A stretch of 64,000 bases of DNA. Origin: Thainema sp. (GTDB lineage Bacteria; Cyanobacteriota; Cyanobacteriia; Phormidesmidales; Phormidesmidaceae). The stretch is taken from NCBI GenBank assembly GCA_052168235.1, contig JBQLZK010000004.1, forward strand, positions 133,673 through 197,672, written 5' to 3'. Below the pieces are notes generated by a model. That model did no database searches. It worked only from the letters and a program-made list of their open reading frames with translations, and had not been told where the DNA came from. The position numbers were made by a program, and so were the translations under genes. Below, piece by piece: positions 31,124 to 41,919 of the stretch; the first letter of the stretch is position 1; each line of letters begins with the position of its first letter.

Positions 31124-31759
31124 GTGGCTGTTATCATTTTCGACTTTGATGGAACCATCGCCGATACATTGGACGCAATCGTAGCCATTACGAATCGGCT
31201 TGCGACCAAGTATCGCTATCCGATGGTGACCTCTCATGATGTCAAGCAGCTACAGGGACTGAGTACTCAGCAAATTATTCGCCACTCTGGGCTATCCATT
31301 TTTCAGTTTGCCCGCCTGGTAAGACGGGTTCGCCGAGAACTCAATGCATCAATTGAAAGTATTCAACCCATTGCCCAACTTGAGCCGGTTCTGCGTGAAC
31401 TGGCTCATGAGCATCGACTCGGTATCGTGACCTCTAATTCGGCCCAAAATGTTCAGCGTTTTCTCGTCCGTCACCAATTAACTGAGCAGTTTAGCTTCAT
31501 TTACTCCGGCACGACGCTGTTTGGTAAAGCGAAGGTTCTGCGGCGGGTGCTGCGGCAGTATCAGATCAAGCCCACCCATGTCTTTTATGTCGGCGATGAA
31601 ACGCGCGATGTCGAAGCAGCCAAAGTGCTGCCCATTAATATGATTGCGGTAGCTTGGGGGTTTAACACTCCCGAAATTCTACAGGCTCATCAACCTGATT
31701 TTTTGATTTATTCGCCGTCCGAATTGTTGAAGCTGATGAAATCGCGATCGCGGCTTTGA
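31124..31759 (+). CDS. HAD-IA family hydrolase (phosphoglycolate phosphatase-like)
   Basis: IFDFDGTIADT, VTSN, YVGDETRD. Confidence 0.9.
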   Translation: MAVIIFDFDGTIADTLDAIVAITNRLATKYRYPMVTSHDVKQLQGLSTQQIIRHSGLSIFQFARLVRRVRRELNASIESIQPIAQLEPVLRELAHEHRLGIVTSNSAQNVQRFLVRHQLTEQFSFIYSGTTLFGKAKVLRRVLRQYQIKPTHVFYVGDETRDVEAAKVLPINMIAVAWGFNTPEILQAHQPDFLIYSPSELLKLMKSRSRL

Positions 31760-32814
31760 TCCTCTTTTTTATCAAACGGAACAGGTCGAGCTTTCATTTC
31801 CTCAATTTCAAGCAGGCTAACCACGATACCTGCGATCGGAATTGAGAGGAAAAGTCCCAGAATGCCTGCGATTCTAGCACCAACCAGTAGGGCGAAAAAC
31901 ATGACAACGGGACTGATGTTGAGCGAGCCTTTCATGACGTGGGGCAGCAAAATATTTTCTTCGACCTGCTGCAGCAGGATGCAAACCACGACAATTTGGA
32001 TTGGCAGCCAAATGCTTTGAGTCAACATGAGTAATGCGATCAGGCTAATACCAATCGTCGCTCCGATGCCGGGAATGAGGTCAAAGAGTCCCGCGACGAC
32101 GGCGAAAATGAATGCGTGCGGCACTCCCAAAAGTAAGAACACGATAAAGGTGGAAGCGCCAAAAAAAGTTGATAGAATCAGCCGTCCCCAGAAGAAACCC
32201 AGCAGATTGCGCCGAATCGTAACGGTTAATCGTCGATGCAGATGGTAGGGGACAGCACGCAGGATCAGTTGCCAGATCTTATTGCCATCGAGCAGCATGA
32301 AAAAGGCAACAACTGCAATCAAAATGAGATGGATAAGGTTGGTGAGCATTACCTGGATGACGGCCAAACCAGACGTTACCAGACCAATTGCTCGCTCTCG
32401 CAGAGAATCTTCAATGGCTGCAAAATCGACCTCTGCATTCCACTGCTCCAGCCGTTGTTCAATCTGATTCAGGAGTGGATTCAGCGAATCGAGTAGTTCT
32501 GTAATGTTGTCAACTAACCGTTCGCCTTGAGATAAAACGGTAATCCCTAATGTTGCGATCGCAACTCCCAGAATAATTAGCGCAATGCTAAACACCAGCG
32601 TAGCCGCTATTCCTCGGGGTAAATAGCGGCTGACCCAGCCCACTGGATAGCTCAACAAAAACGCCAAAATGGTAGCGCAGCTAAAAACCACTACCACCAT
32701 TTCGAAATAAGCGAGCAGTTCAACCACTGCCCATCCACAGGCAAACAGGAGTAAGAAGCGAATCAGAGCGGAATTGTTGAGGCGCTCAAACAGCGGATGA
32801 GGAGATTCGCTCAT
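31708..32814 (-). CDS. AI-2E family transporter
   Basis: Multi-TM; DLIPGIGA, QQVEENILLP, GILGLFLSIP. Confidence 0.9.
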   Translation of the reverse strand: MSESPHPLFERLNNSALIRFLLLFACGWAVVELLAYFEMVVVVFSCATILAFLLSYPVGWVSRYLPRGIAATLVFSIALIILGVAIATLGITVLSQGERLVDNITELLDSLNPLLNQIEQRLEQWNAEVDFAAIEDSLRERAIGLVTSGLAVIQVMLTNLIHLILIAVVAFFMLLDGNKIWQLILRAVPYHLHRRLTVTIRRNLLGFFWGRLILSTFFGASTFIVFLLLGVPHAFIFAVVAGLFDLIPGIGATIGISLIALLMLTQSIWLPIQIVVVCILLQQVEENILLPHVMKGSLNISPVVMFFALLVGARIAGILGLFLSIPIAGIVVSLLEIEEMKARPVPFDKKEDQSRDRDFISFNNSDGE

Positions 32815-32925
32815 TCAATGAACATCCATATACTGTATCGAATCCGTGAGTAAAGACCAGTTTCCGCCAAGTGCAAAAGGGCTGCATGGTATACCTTTTG
32901 CAATCGACGGCTCTGGGATTTAGAA

Positions 32926-33237
32926 TCAGATTTCGGATTCCAATGGCGCGGTAAGTTCTTGCACCAAGACATAGGGCTGCACAATCAATGTATTAAATTG
33001 CTTACTTGTATCACGATTCCAGTCGCTCAATTGTTCGCTAGTTGGCTTAACCAACATGGCTTCCTGAATCCAGCGCTGCACAGCAGGAACGTTATCGGTT
33101 GAAATGGCTAAACCAACTTCAATCAAGTCCAGATCCGGATCAACTAACACGATGGCGTCTCGCTTAGCATGAGGCATTAGCCAACTCCATTCGGCCAGTT
33201 CCATTGTTTCCGTTAGCTGGTTTCTAAGCTGCTCCAT
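32926..33237 (-). CDS. DUF2288 family protein
   Basis: WSWLMPHAKRD, LDLIEVG, IVQPYVLVQ. Confidence 0.85.
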   Translation of the reverse strand: MEQLRNQLTETMELAEWSWLMPHAKRDAIVLVDPDLDLIEVGLAISTDNVPAVQRWIQEAMLVKPTSEQLSDWNRDTSKQFNTLIVQPYVLVQELTAPLESEI

Positions 33238-33307
33238 GTCTGCTTTAATCTTAAATTCAACAGGTAAAGAATCGGATAGACAACTCCTCTAAGGAGGAGA
33301 ATTGTCT

Positions 33308-33946
33308 CTAGCGGCCCAAATCATGCAGTTGATGAATCGCTGCCGCACACTGCTGCGTCACAGATTCTAAATCTGCTCGCTGGGTTGAAGCGGGCGGATC
33401 GATCACTGCTCCAACCCGGATTGTAACGGGCACCGGGTGGGGAATGGCTGAGCCAGATTGAATGATTTCCTGAGTTCCCCACAAACTGACGGGCAGTAGC
33501 GGCACCTTGGCCTTGGCCGCAATCAGGGCTGCCCCGACCTTGGGTGATGGAATACGAGCATCCGGTGTACGGGTGCCCTGCAGAAAAATTCCTACGGCCC
33601 AGCCGTTATCCAGTGATTGTAATGCGGCTCGAATCGCGCTGCGATCGGCAGAGCCACGCTTAACCGGATAGGCTCCATACAGACGAATGGCCTGACTCAG
33701 ACCCGGTACTTTAAACAGCTCTTCCTTCGCCATGAAGGCAACCGGACGAGCGACACAGTTCGCTAAAATGGGCGGGTCAAAATCGCTAGCGTGATTGCTG
33801 ACCACGACTAGGGGACCAGTCTTCGGTACGTTTTCAGCACCGTAAACGCGACCCCTAAAATAGGTATGCAGGACCGGGCTAACGACCGACCACTTGAAGA
33901 GGTGATACAGCGCAAGGCTGATTGCAGGTTCCCGTTCTCTGCCCAT
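33308..33946 (-). CDS. plsC: 1-acyl-sn-glycerol-3-phosphate acyltransferase
   Basis: NHASDFD, FMAKEELF, FLQGTR; within the plsX-fabH-fabD cluster. Confidence 0.9.
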   Translation of the reverse strand: MGREREPAISLALYHLFKWSVVSPVLHTYFRGRVYGAENVPKTGPLVVVSNHASDFDPPILANCVARPVAFMAKEELFKVPGLSQAIRLYGAYPVKRGSADRSAIRAALQSLDNGWAVGIFLQGTRTPDARIPSPKVGAALIAAKAKVPLLPVSLWGTQEIIQSGSAIPHPVPVTIRVGAVIDPPASTQRADLESVTQQCAAAIHQLHDLGR

Positions 33947-34036
33947 TGATTTAGATTGCTAGAGTGCTTTGCTGCTTAGATTGCCTAAATTTTGGATTTT
34001 AGGAAACTGTTTCAGGAGACTGATGATGTAAACCAA

Positions 34037-34921
34037 TCAGGCAGATGCTAAATCTGCGATCGCATGTACGTTCTCCAGCGTCATTCCGGAGCAAGTGCGC
34101 TTGATTAGCCCCGTTAGGACATTACCAGGGCCAACTTCGACCACTCGCTCGACGCCTTCATCAGCTAGTTTGAGCGAAATTTCGCGCCAGCGTACAGAAC
34201 CTGTCATCTGTTGCGTTAACCGCTGCTTCAGCTGGGTACCGTCTGTTTCCGGTGTGGGGTCAACATTGGATAGTACCGGAATGCGGGCGGATTGAAATTC
34301 GATAGTTTCTAGCACTGATTGGAACTGAGCAGCAGCAGCAGCCATTAGCGGTGAATGAAACGCTCCGCTGACGTTGAGCTTAACGGCGCGCTTACTTTTC
34401 ACCTGGGCCAGAACCGCATCGACACCCTCAACAGTACCAGAAATCACCACCTGCATTGGATTGTTGTCATTTGCGAGTACTACACCGTCCGTATCGGCAA
34501 TCACGGCATCGAGTTCTTCGCGCTTAAAGCCAATCACCGCGGCCATTGTGCCGCCTGTGGCGGTTGACATCAGTTCAGCCCGTCGCTTGACCAACTGAAG
34601 GCCAGTGGCAAAGTCAAATACGCCCGCTGCAAACAGCGCCACATATTCACCCAGGCTATGCCCAGCAACGAAATCAGGAGTTTGTCCTTGCTGCATCAGT
34701 TGCTCAGCCAGTAGTGCTTCAACGACGTACAGACAGGGCTGAGTGTAGAGCGTTTGCGACACCTTATCGTCTGGGTCTTGGCAAATTTCGGCCACTGACC
34801 AACCGAGAATGTCATTCGCCTGAGCCAGCTGCAACTGTAGGGATTCTAACCGAAACAGATCTTCTCCCATGTTGATGGCTTGAGATCCTTGTCCTGGGAA
34901 AACCCATGCTGTCTTACTCAT
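34037..34921 (-). CDS. fabD: Malonyl-CoA:ACP transacylase
   Basis: VFPGQGSQ, GHSLGEY, VSGAFHS. Confidence 0.96.
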   Translation of the reverse strand: MSKTAWVFPGQGSQAINMGEDLFRLESLQLQLAQANDILGWSVAEICQDPDDKVSQTLYTQPCLYVVEALLAEQLMQQGQTPDFVAGHSLGEYVALFAAGVFDFATGLQLVKRRAELMSTATGGTMAAVIGFKREELDAVIADTDGVVLANDNNPMQVVISGTVEGVDAVLAQVKSKRAVKLNVSGAFHSPLMAAAAAQFQSVLETIEFQSARIPVLSNVDPTPETDGTQLKQRLTQQMTGSVRWREISLKLADEGVERVVEVGPGNVLTGLIKRTCSGMTLENVHAIADLASA

Positions 34922-34958
34922 ACGAATGCCCTTCAATCGCTCTGGTCGTTACTTAAAT

Positions 34959-35035
34959 TGGTAGCCCTCAAAAGGTGATGATTTTGGGGTGCGTGGGTGG
35001 TGTCCATACACCCCAAAATCATCACCTGAATACCA
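34959..35035. repeat. Palindromic element, family C copy 1
   Basis: TGGTAGCCCT-CAAA-AGGTGATGATTTTGGGGTG...CACCCCAAAATCATCACCT-GAATACC; homologous to 56265-56340. Confidence 0.8.
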
Positions 35036-35365
35036 TTACCATTAAATCTATTACGTTAGAGTACTTTACAGAAAAATAGGCACTGTTGTCAGGGTGGGGT
35101 TGCTTACCCGATAAGAACCTGAACCAGGTTAGTGAACAAAACCTGCTCCTATAAAGCATTTCTGGGGTTGGTGACGCTCAATTTGTGACTTGAATTAGCG
35201 TACAGAATCGAATTGAGCCGCGTGGTGCGTCCATTCGGTTGCTGTCGGTTACTGTCAAGTTTGCGAGACCGAACAATCCCTGTAATTATTGGTTTCGCCT
35301 GATCCAACTCAACCGACGTAACTTTTAGATGGGGTTGATTGAGTCAATGTGATTTGGGCCAATGC

Positions 35366-36358
35366 TTACTGCCACTCGAAAATCGTGGCCCCCCAGGTGA
35401 GACCTGCGCCAAAACCAGCGGCGGCGATTGTGTCACCGGGCTTGATTTTACCAGCCTGAACCCACTCATCTAGCGCTAACGGAATTGAGGCGGCAGAGGT
35501 GTTGCCGTAGCGAGTCATATTGCTAATCACCCGTTCATTCGGGATATTCAACCGCTGAGCGACAGCGTCTAGAATTCGCTGGTTGGCCTGATGGAGCAGC
35601 AGCCAGTCTACATCAGCAGTGGAACGATTAGCGCGGAACAGTGCCTTTTCGATCACCTCAGGCACTTTATTGACGGCGAAGCGATACACTTCTCGACCAT
35701 TCATTGTGATGAACTGATAGTTGCCTTGGCTAGCCACTGTATTGGCTAGCTCGCGGGATTGTCCTTGATAGGCAAGATTGAGACAACCGTTTTGGCTACC
35801 ATCGCTGCGCAGTTCAAAACCCAAAATGCGATCGCGCTCACTAGCCTGGAGCACAATTGCCCCCGCCCCATCGCCAAACAGGACGCAGGTGCGGCGATCG
35901 CTCCAGTCTGTCCAGCGGGAGAGAATATCGCCGCCAATCAGCACCACATTGCGATATACTCCGGTACGAATAAATTGGGCGGCGGTCACCATGCCAAACA
36001 CAAATCCCGAGCAGGCAGCAGTCAGATCAAAAGCCACAGCTCTCGTTGCACCCAGCTTGGCCTGCACTAAGCTGGCTGTCCCAAACAGATCGTCTGGGGT
36101 AGAGGTGGCCAGCAGGATCAGATCAATCTCTTCCGGATCAAGATGGGCCATTGCGATCGCAGCTTGAGCTGCCTGAGCCGCAATATCGGCTAGAGACTCG
36201 TCTTGATTAGCAATGCGCCGCTGCTGGATGCCTGTTCGACTACTAATCCATTCATCTGAGGTATCTACAATCTGGCTAAGTCCCTGATTGTCAAGCACCT
36301 GGTTAGGAAACGCAGAACCGCTGCCTGTGATAGCGGTTCCGATGAGTTGATAATCCAA
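35366..36358 (-). CDS. fabH: Beta-ketoacyl-ACP synthase III
   Basis: AACSGF, FGDGAGA, HQAN, GNTSAAS. Confidence 0.96.
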   Translation of the reverse strand: MDYQLIGTAITGSGSAFPNQVLDNQGLSQIVDTSDEWISSRTGIQQRRIANQDESLADIAAQAAQAAIAMAHLDPEEIDLILLATSTPDDLFGTASLVQAKLGATRAVAFDLTAACSGFVFGMVTAAQFIRTGVYRNVVLIGGDILSRWTDWSDRRTCVLFGDGAGAIVLQASERDRILGFELRSDGSQNGCLNLAYQGQSRELANTVASQGNYQFITMNGREVYRFAVNKVPEVIEKALFRANRSTADVDWLLLHQANQRILDAVAQRLNIPNERVISNMTRYGNTSAASIPLALDEWVQAGKIKPGDTIAAAGFGAGLTWGATIFEWQ

Positions 36359-36360
36359 AG

Positions 36361-37395
36361 CTACTCTCCGTCTGTGACTGAAGCCATTGCGTTTTGGTAT
36401 TGGGACTGAATTTGCTCCAAGATCCGATTATCCACCGCTTCTTTGGCGAGGCGGATGGCATTAAAAACAGAAGGAGCTTGGGAACTACCGTGGCTAATAA
36501 TACAAATACCGGCAACACCAAGCAGCAAACCGCCCCCATGTTCAGCGTGATCGATCCGCTGTTTGATTCGGCGCAGATTCGGCTTGAGTAGTGCAGTGCC
36601 CACTTTACCGTGCAGTCCCTGGGGCAATTCTTCGCGCAGGATTTGCAGCACGACGCTGCCAACTGCCTCAGCAAACTTGAGCAGAATGTTACCGACAAAT
36701 CCGTCACAGACGATGACATCAAACTCACCGGAGAGAACATCTCGCCCTTCGGCATTACCGACGAACGGAATGCTGGGGTTGGCGGTGAGCAACTGATGGG
36801 TTTGAATCGCCAGTTCGTTACCCTTTGTGGGTTCTTCCCCAATATTGAGCAGTCCCACACGCGGTTCGGGATTACCCAAAACGTCGCGGGAGTAAATGGT
36901 GCCCATGAGGGCAAACTGCTCTAAAAACTTCGGGCGACAGTCTACATTTGCGCCCATATCCAGTAGCAGCACAGACTTACCTGCCACGATGGTTGGCAAC
37001 ACGGTGCCTATGGCAGGGCGATCAATGCCCTTTAATCGTCCAACTCGCAGCAATGCCGCAGCCATCGCTGCGCCAGAGTGGCCAGCGGAAACCACCGCAT
37101 CAGCCTTTTTCCGCTTGACCAAATCCATTGCCACGTTGATGGAAGATTTGGGTTTACGGCGAATGGCCGTTAATGCTTCTTCATGCATTTCCACTGCTCC
37201 TTCAGCCGGAACAATGTCAATGCCATTCAAACTGTCTGCGTGGGGAATGACAGAATTAATCTGGTCTGGGTCCCCAACCAAAATGATATCGACACCAAGT
37301 TCTGCTTTTGCCCGAATTGCGCCTGCGACAATCTCGGCGGGAGCAAAGTCGCCACCCATGGCATCAACTGCAATTCTTGCCTGTCCTGATCCCAT
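36361..37395 (-). CDS. plsX: Phosphate acyltransferase PlsX
   Basis: AVDAMGGDFAP, LDMGANVD, CDGFVGN, SHGSS. Confidence 0.96.
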   Translation of the reverse strand: MGSGQARIAVDAMGGDFAPAEIVAGAIRAKAELGVDIILVGDPDQINSVIPHADSLNGIDIVPAEGAVEMHEEALTAIRRKPKSSINVAMDLVKRKKADAVVSAGHSGAAMAAALLRVGRLKGIDRPAIGTVLPTIVAGKSVLLLDMGANVDCRPKFLEQFALMGTIYSRDVLGNPEPRVGLLNIGEEPTKGNELAIQTHQLLTANPSIPFVGNAEGRDVLSGEFDVIVCDGFVGNILLKFAEAVGSVVLQILREELPQGLHGKVGTALLKPNLRRIKQRIDHAEHGGGLLLGVAGICIISHGSSQAPSVFNAIRLAKEAVDNRILEQIQSQYQNAMASVTDGE

Positions 37396-37829
37396 GTACT
37401 CAAAGCTATAGAAACCTTAAAGATCTTATCAGATGGCCTCTAATGTTTAGCGGCTGAATCTGAAATCTCACGATGCTAATGATGCAGTATAGCGGTTCAG
37501 CGAATCCTCCACCAGATACGCCAATCAATATTCCAGCGATGCTCTAAGCGATTGCTTTAAGCGAATATTCCTGACTGAACACCCAAAACAATCTCAATGC
37601 GCGATCGCACCTGCAGTCCGCCTCCAGTTTCAGAATAGTAGATGCGGTCTAAGATTCTGTCTAAATTATGTAAAGTTACTGCGGTGCCTGTGATCGCATT
37701 GCTCGCATGAGGTTGATTCTGGGCAAATTTGCTTGAATATCTGCAAAAACCAGCTTAAAAAGACTTAAATCGCTCTCATGCTATTTGATCCAGTTGATTT
37801 TTGTCGAGTCAATTGATCGGCTGATTAAT

Positions 37830-38558
37830 CTACATTTCGCCCGGTTCGACAATTCGCTGAAATAGATAGCCTGTTCCTCTTGCCGTCAGAATCAGTTCTG
37901 GATTGCTGGGGTCATCTTCTAATTTGGCCCGTAAGCGAGAAATATGGACATCTACGACACGAGTGTCAACATGGCGCTCCGGTGTATAGCCCCAGACTTC
38001 CTGCAGAATTTCAGAACGGGAGAAGGGTTCGCCTGAGCGGCTGACCAGCAGCTCCAGCAGGCTAAATTCCATACCTGTGAGCCGAATTCGCTCGTCGCCT
38101 TTGTAGACCTGACGCTTGTTGGTATCGATCCGAATGTTGTTGACAGTGATTACACCGGAACTTGGAATACCGGAGGTGCCCGTCTTCTCCACACGGCGTA
38201 AGACAGAACGGATGCGGGCTTCCAGCTCTTTGGGAGAGAAAGGCTTAACGACATAGTCATCCGCACCTAGCTCCAAACCTGTGATCCGGTCGGCCACATC
38301 GCCAAGCGCAGTCAGCATAATAATGGGAACATCGGATTCTTTCCGTAGCTCTTGACAAACGCCGTAGCCATCGAGCTTGGGCATCATGACATCCAGCACC
38401 ACCAAATCCGGAATTGCGTGTCGAAATGTTTCTAGCGCTTCTTCCCCATCAGCCGCGGTGACAACGTCGTACCCAATCATCGATAGACGAGTTTCTAAAA
38501 TCCGACGGATACTTGCCTCATCATCTACAACTAGGATCTTTTCCTTATGGCTTTCCAA
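37830..38558 (-). CDS. rpaB: OmpR-family response regulator RpaB (Ycf27)
   Basis: KILVVDDEASIRRILETRLSMIGY...WGYTPERHVDTRVVDVHISRLR; divergent from radA, upstream of plsX. Confidence 0.95.
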   Translation of the reverse strand: MESHKEKILVVDDEASIRRILETRLSMIGYDVVTAADGEEALETFRHAIPDLVVLDVMMPKLDGYGVCQELRKESDVPIIMLTALGDVADRITGLELGADDYVVKPFSPKELEARIRSVLRRVEKTGTSGIPSSGVITVNNIRIDTNKRQVYKGDERIRLTGMEFSLLELLVSRSGEPFSRSEILQEVWGYTPERHVDTRVVDVHISRLRAKLEDDPSNPELILTARGTGYLFQRIVEPGEM

Positions 38559-38744
38559 TGACCTACACTCCTTAAGGCTAATTTCTGTTAATTAATTTTT
38601 GGTACTTTATCATTAGAATAGTACGTTAATTAGCTGAATTTTCCACGGTTAAACCCTATATACCGCCTGCTTTTTAAGGTTTCTTAAGGTTCGGTCGAAA
38701 CACGAAGAAATGTTGATTATTGTTAATATTTTGTTGCGATTCTG

Positions 38745-40202
38745 ATGGCTAAACTCCGTACTGTTTACGTTTGTAATGAATGCGGGGCAGAATCCGCCCA
38801 ATATTTCGGTAAATGCCCATTTTGCAGTAGCTGGAACTCTTTAGTTGAACAGGTCGCCACACCCACTGCCGGATCGAGCAGCACCAGTCGGGTGCGATCG
38901 TCCGGTACCGCTACCGCTACTGCTAAGGCTAGCCCAGCCCAGCCGCGACTTGCTCAAACTCTAGCCCAAATTGAAGATCATCCCCAAGCCCGGTTATCGT
39001 CTGGTTACGAAGAACTGAATCGAGTACTGGGTGGTGGACTGGTGCCTGGCTCGCTTGTACTGGTTGGTGGCGATCCGGGAATTGGTAAATCCACGCTGCT
39101 GCTCCAGAGCGCTAATTTTTTGGCGCAGGATTTTCCAGTCCTTTACGTCTGCGCCGAAGAGTCGGGACAGCAGGTCAAACTGCGATCGCAACGTCTTGGT
39201 ATCGCGGCTAATCTGGCCGCATCTGCTAACTCTGGTGCCTCACTGGCAGAACCCAATCTATATTTGTTGCCAGAAACGGATTTAGATGCAGTGCTGATGG
39301 AGCTGGAATCGCTTCAGCCCCGCGTGGCGATTATCGATAGTATTCAAGCATTGTATTTCAGCGAATTGAATTCGGCACCAGGTTCGGTCTCCCAGGTGCG
39401 GGAATGCACGTCAGCTCTGATGCGGTTGGCCAAGCGCAATAACATCACGCTGCTGATTGTCGGGCATGTCACCAAAGAAGGTGCGATCGCAGGTCCCAAG
39501 GTACTAGAACACTTGGTGGATACCGTTTTGTACTTTGAGGGCGATCGATTTGCCAGTCACCGATTACTCCGCTCAGTAAAAAATCGCTTTGGTGCCACCC
39601 ATGAGTTGGGTGTATTTGAAATGGTTGATCGGGGACTGGAAGAAGTGCCCAATCCCTCGGCTCTGTTTTTGGGTAATCGCGAAGAGGCGGCTTCGGGTAA
39701 CGCCACGATTGTGGCCTGTGAGGGCACTCGTCCCTTACTGGTTGAACTACAGGCTCTAGTGAGCACCACTAGCTATAGCTCTCCACGCCGCTCAACGACT
39801 GGAATCGAATACAATCGGCTGCTGCAAATTCTGGCGGTGCTGGAAAAGAGAGTCGGCATTCCCCTGTCTAAACTCGATGCTTATGTGGCCTCTTCCGGTG
39901 GCTTGAATGTAGCCGAACCCGCCGCCGATCTGGGAGTTGCGGTGGCAGTTGTGGCCAGCTTCCGAGATCGCATGGTCGATCCGCAAACGGTGCTGATTGG
40001 TGAACTTGGTCTAGGAGGGCAGATCCGGGCCGTTTCGCAGGTAGAACTGCGGCTACGGGAAGCTTATAAATTGGGCTTTAAGCGGGCAATCGTGCCAAAA
40101 GGGCAATCCGTACCGGATTTGAAAATGGAGGTACATGAAGTGTCTCGCTTAGTCGATGCCATTGCGATCGCACTTTCGCCGTCTCATCCAGAGACCAACT
40201 AA
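38745..40202 (+). CDS. radA: DNA repair protein RadA/Sms
   Basis: C4 Zn finger, GDPGIGKST, KNRFG. Confidence 0.96.
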   Translation: MAKLRTVYVCNECGAESAQYFGKCPFCSSWNSLVEQVATPTAGSSSTSRVRSSGTATATAKASPAQPRLAQTLAQIEDHPQARLSSGYEELNRVLGGGLVPGSLVLVGGDPGIGKSTLLLQSANFLAQDFPVLYVCAEESGQQVKLRSQRLGIAANLAASANSGASLAEPNLYLLPETDLDAVLMELESLQPRVAIIDSIQALYFSELNSAPGSVSQVRECTSALMRLAKRNNITLLIVGHVTKEGAIAGPKVLEHLVDTVLYFEGDRFASHRLLRSVKNRFGATHELGVFEMVDRGLEEVPNPSALFLGNREEAASGNATIVACEGTRPLLVELQALVSTTSYSSPRRSTTGIEYNRLLQILAVLEKRVGIPLSKLDAYVASSGGLNVAEPAADLGVAVAVVASFRDRMVDPQTVLIGELGLGGQIRAVSQVELRLREAYKLGFKRAIVPKGQSVPDLKMEVHEVSRLVDAIAIALSPSHPETN

Positions 40203-40213
40203 GTCGAGTGGAT

Positions 40214-41656
40214 TTAGTAGGCACCGCGCCCAAACAGCACAATCCGCATCGTTTCGACCAGAATTTCCAGATCTAGGTTCAGCGACCAGTTATCGATGTA
40301 GTACAAATCTAAGCGAGCGACATCGTCAAAATCATCAATATCGGAACGCCCAGAAATTTGCCAAAGTCCGGTAATACCGGGTAGCACCTGATGGCGGATG
40401 TGGTGCCAGGCCGTGAAATGCTGAATATCCCGTAGCGGGAGCGGGCGGGGGCCAACCAGACTCATCTGCCCCATCAGCACATTAAACAGCTGGGGCAGTT
40501 CGTCGATACTGGTGCGGCGGAGAAAATTGCCGATCTTGGTGACACGGGGATCGGCCTTGATTTTGAACATCACCCCATTGGCTTCATTCTGGGCTTCCAG
40601 TTCAGTTTGTAAGCCCGGAGCATCCATGACCATTGTGCGGAACTTCCAAACCTGAAAGATGCGCCGATTTAACCCCATCCGTTCTTGACGAAAAAAGATG
40701 GGGCCGGGAGAGGTGAGCTTAATTGCGATCGCAACTCCGATAAACAGCGGCGCTAAGATAATCAAACCAACAGCAGCACCAAAGAAGTCAATACAGCGCT
40801 TAATCCGGTAGCTGAGACCGCGCACCACCGGGGTGGCAATCCGCAGCGTGGGTAGACCCGCAAACACCTCCGGTACGCCGCGTCGATGCAGCATTTCGCG
40901 GCTAGAGGGTAACAAGCGTAGAGTAATGCCAGAGCGCTGAAGCTGCCAGAACAGGCCAGAGGCCAACTCTGTATTCGGCAAGCTTTCGGCAATCACCTCT
41001 TGAGCTTGAGAGTTGATAATGGACTGTAAAGTTGTCTGCGAGTGCGCGGTTGAGGACAGAGCAGCGCCGACAATCTTATAGTGCGATCGCTGTTTTAACA
41101 CATTGGCCAATTTGGACAGTCGCTCGGCTCTGGCGATGACAAAGACCGGTACTTTAGCTTGGCTTTGTTCAAACTGGCGCAAAATCAGCGTGGCAATTAA
41201 GCGGAACCCAATCACAAAGATGACGCTGCTAAACCAGGCCGTAAAAAAGAGAGAGCGGGGCGCATCCAGCTTGGGGTCATAAAAATAGGCGACGACTAAC
41301 GTAAAGAGATAGACCCAACTCACCAACTGACCCGCCCGCAGGTAATTTTTCCATTGGCTAATTGAGGTATAAAGTCCTGCTTTGGCGAATAACAGTAGCG
41401 TAATTGTGATAAAAACCCAAAATAAGCTGGGCAACCCTAACCACGTCCACCAGACTAACTGTTGCGGAATCGGCGAATAGAACTGGTTGAGGCGTTTGGC
41501 GAGCTGCCAAGCCAGTGCGATCGCAATAATGTCGCTAACGAACAATAGGCCGATCTGATGCCAGGGCCACTGCAAGATTTCGATCCATCGAAGTCGTTGG
41601 GCAGAACGAATATCGGTGGTTGTGGAAGATGTAAGACGTTGGTGTAGTCGTTCCAT
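40214..41656 (-). CDS. Polyprenyl glycosylphosphotransferase (WcaJ/bacterial sugar transferase)
   Basis: KFRTM, DPRVT, SIDELPQ, SLVGPRP, PGITGLWQ. Confidence 0.92.
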   Translation of the reverse strand: MERLHQRLTSSTTTDIRSAQRLRWIEILQWPWHQIGLLFVSDIIAIALAWQLAKRLNQFYSPIPQQLVWWTWLGLPSLFWVFITITLLLFAKAGLYTSISQWKNYLRAGQLVSWVYLFTLVVAYFYDPKLDAPRSLFFTAWFSSVIFVIGFRLIATLILRQFEQSQAKVPVFVIARAERLSKLANVLKQRSHYKIVGAALSSTAHSQTTLQSIINSQAQEVIAESLPNTELASGLFWQLQRSGITLRLLPSSREMLHRRGVPEVFAGLPTLRIATPVVRGLSYRIKRCIDFFGAAVGLIILAPLFIGVAIAIKLTSPGPIFFRQERMGLNRRIFQVWKFRTMVMDAPGLQTELEAQNEANGVMFKIKADPRVTKIGNFLRRTSIDELPQLFNVLMGQMSLVGPRPLPLRDIQHFTAWHHIRHQVLPGITGLWQISGRSDIDDFDDVARLDLYYIDNWSLNLDLEILVETMRIVLFGRGAY

Positions 41657-41851
41657 GCTGATGTAGGGGGGTTACGCGTCAGCCTTTGTGGAAAAGGGGT
41701 TCTTCTTCCAGTATTCCTCAAACACTCCTAAAATCTGTCATCTGATAGCACTCCGTTATATATGTAATGCTAGCCACATTGTTTGGAACGTTTTTGTAAC
41801 GTTCATGTCAGAACCTGTCTGGCCACCGCTATCGTGATCTTGCTGACACTC

Positions 41852-41899
41852 AAAACGAATAACGGGCTGCCGCGTTTGCGGCAGCCCGTTATTCGTTTT
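41852..41899. terminator. 22-bp perfect hairpin downstream of clpB
   Basis: AAAACGAATAACGGGCTGCCGC-GTTT-GCGGCAGCCCGTTATTCGTTTT. Confidence 0.75.
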
Positions 41900-41919
41900 T
41901 GGAGTTTTGGGCGAAGTTT

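Noticed and set aside
31708..31759. 52-bp convergent overlap of the HAD and AI-2E genes as a regulatory feature
   Set aside because: Short 3' overlaps are common and the tails are low-information; nothing supports a function.
36896..37411. 171-aa ORF antisense to plsX, and similar shadow ORFs over clpB, der, psbD and stomatin
   Set aside because: Expected antisense open frames produced by codon bias in conserved genes.
38670..38735. Pho-box or HLR1-like repeats between rpaB and radA
   Set aside because: Spacing and sequence fit neither consensus well in AT-rich DNA.
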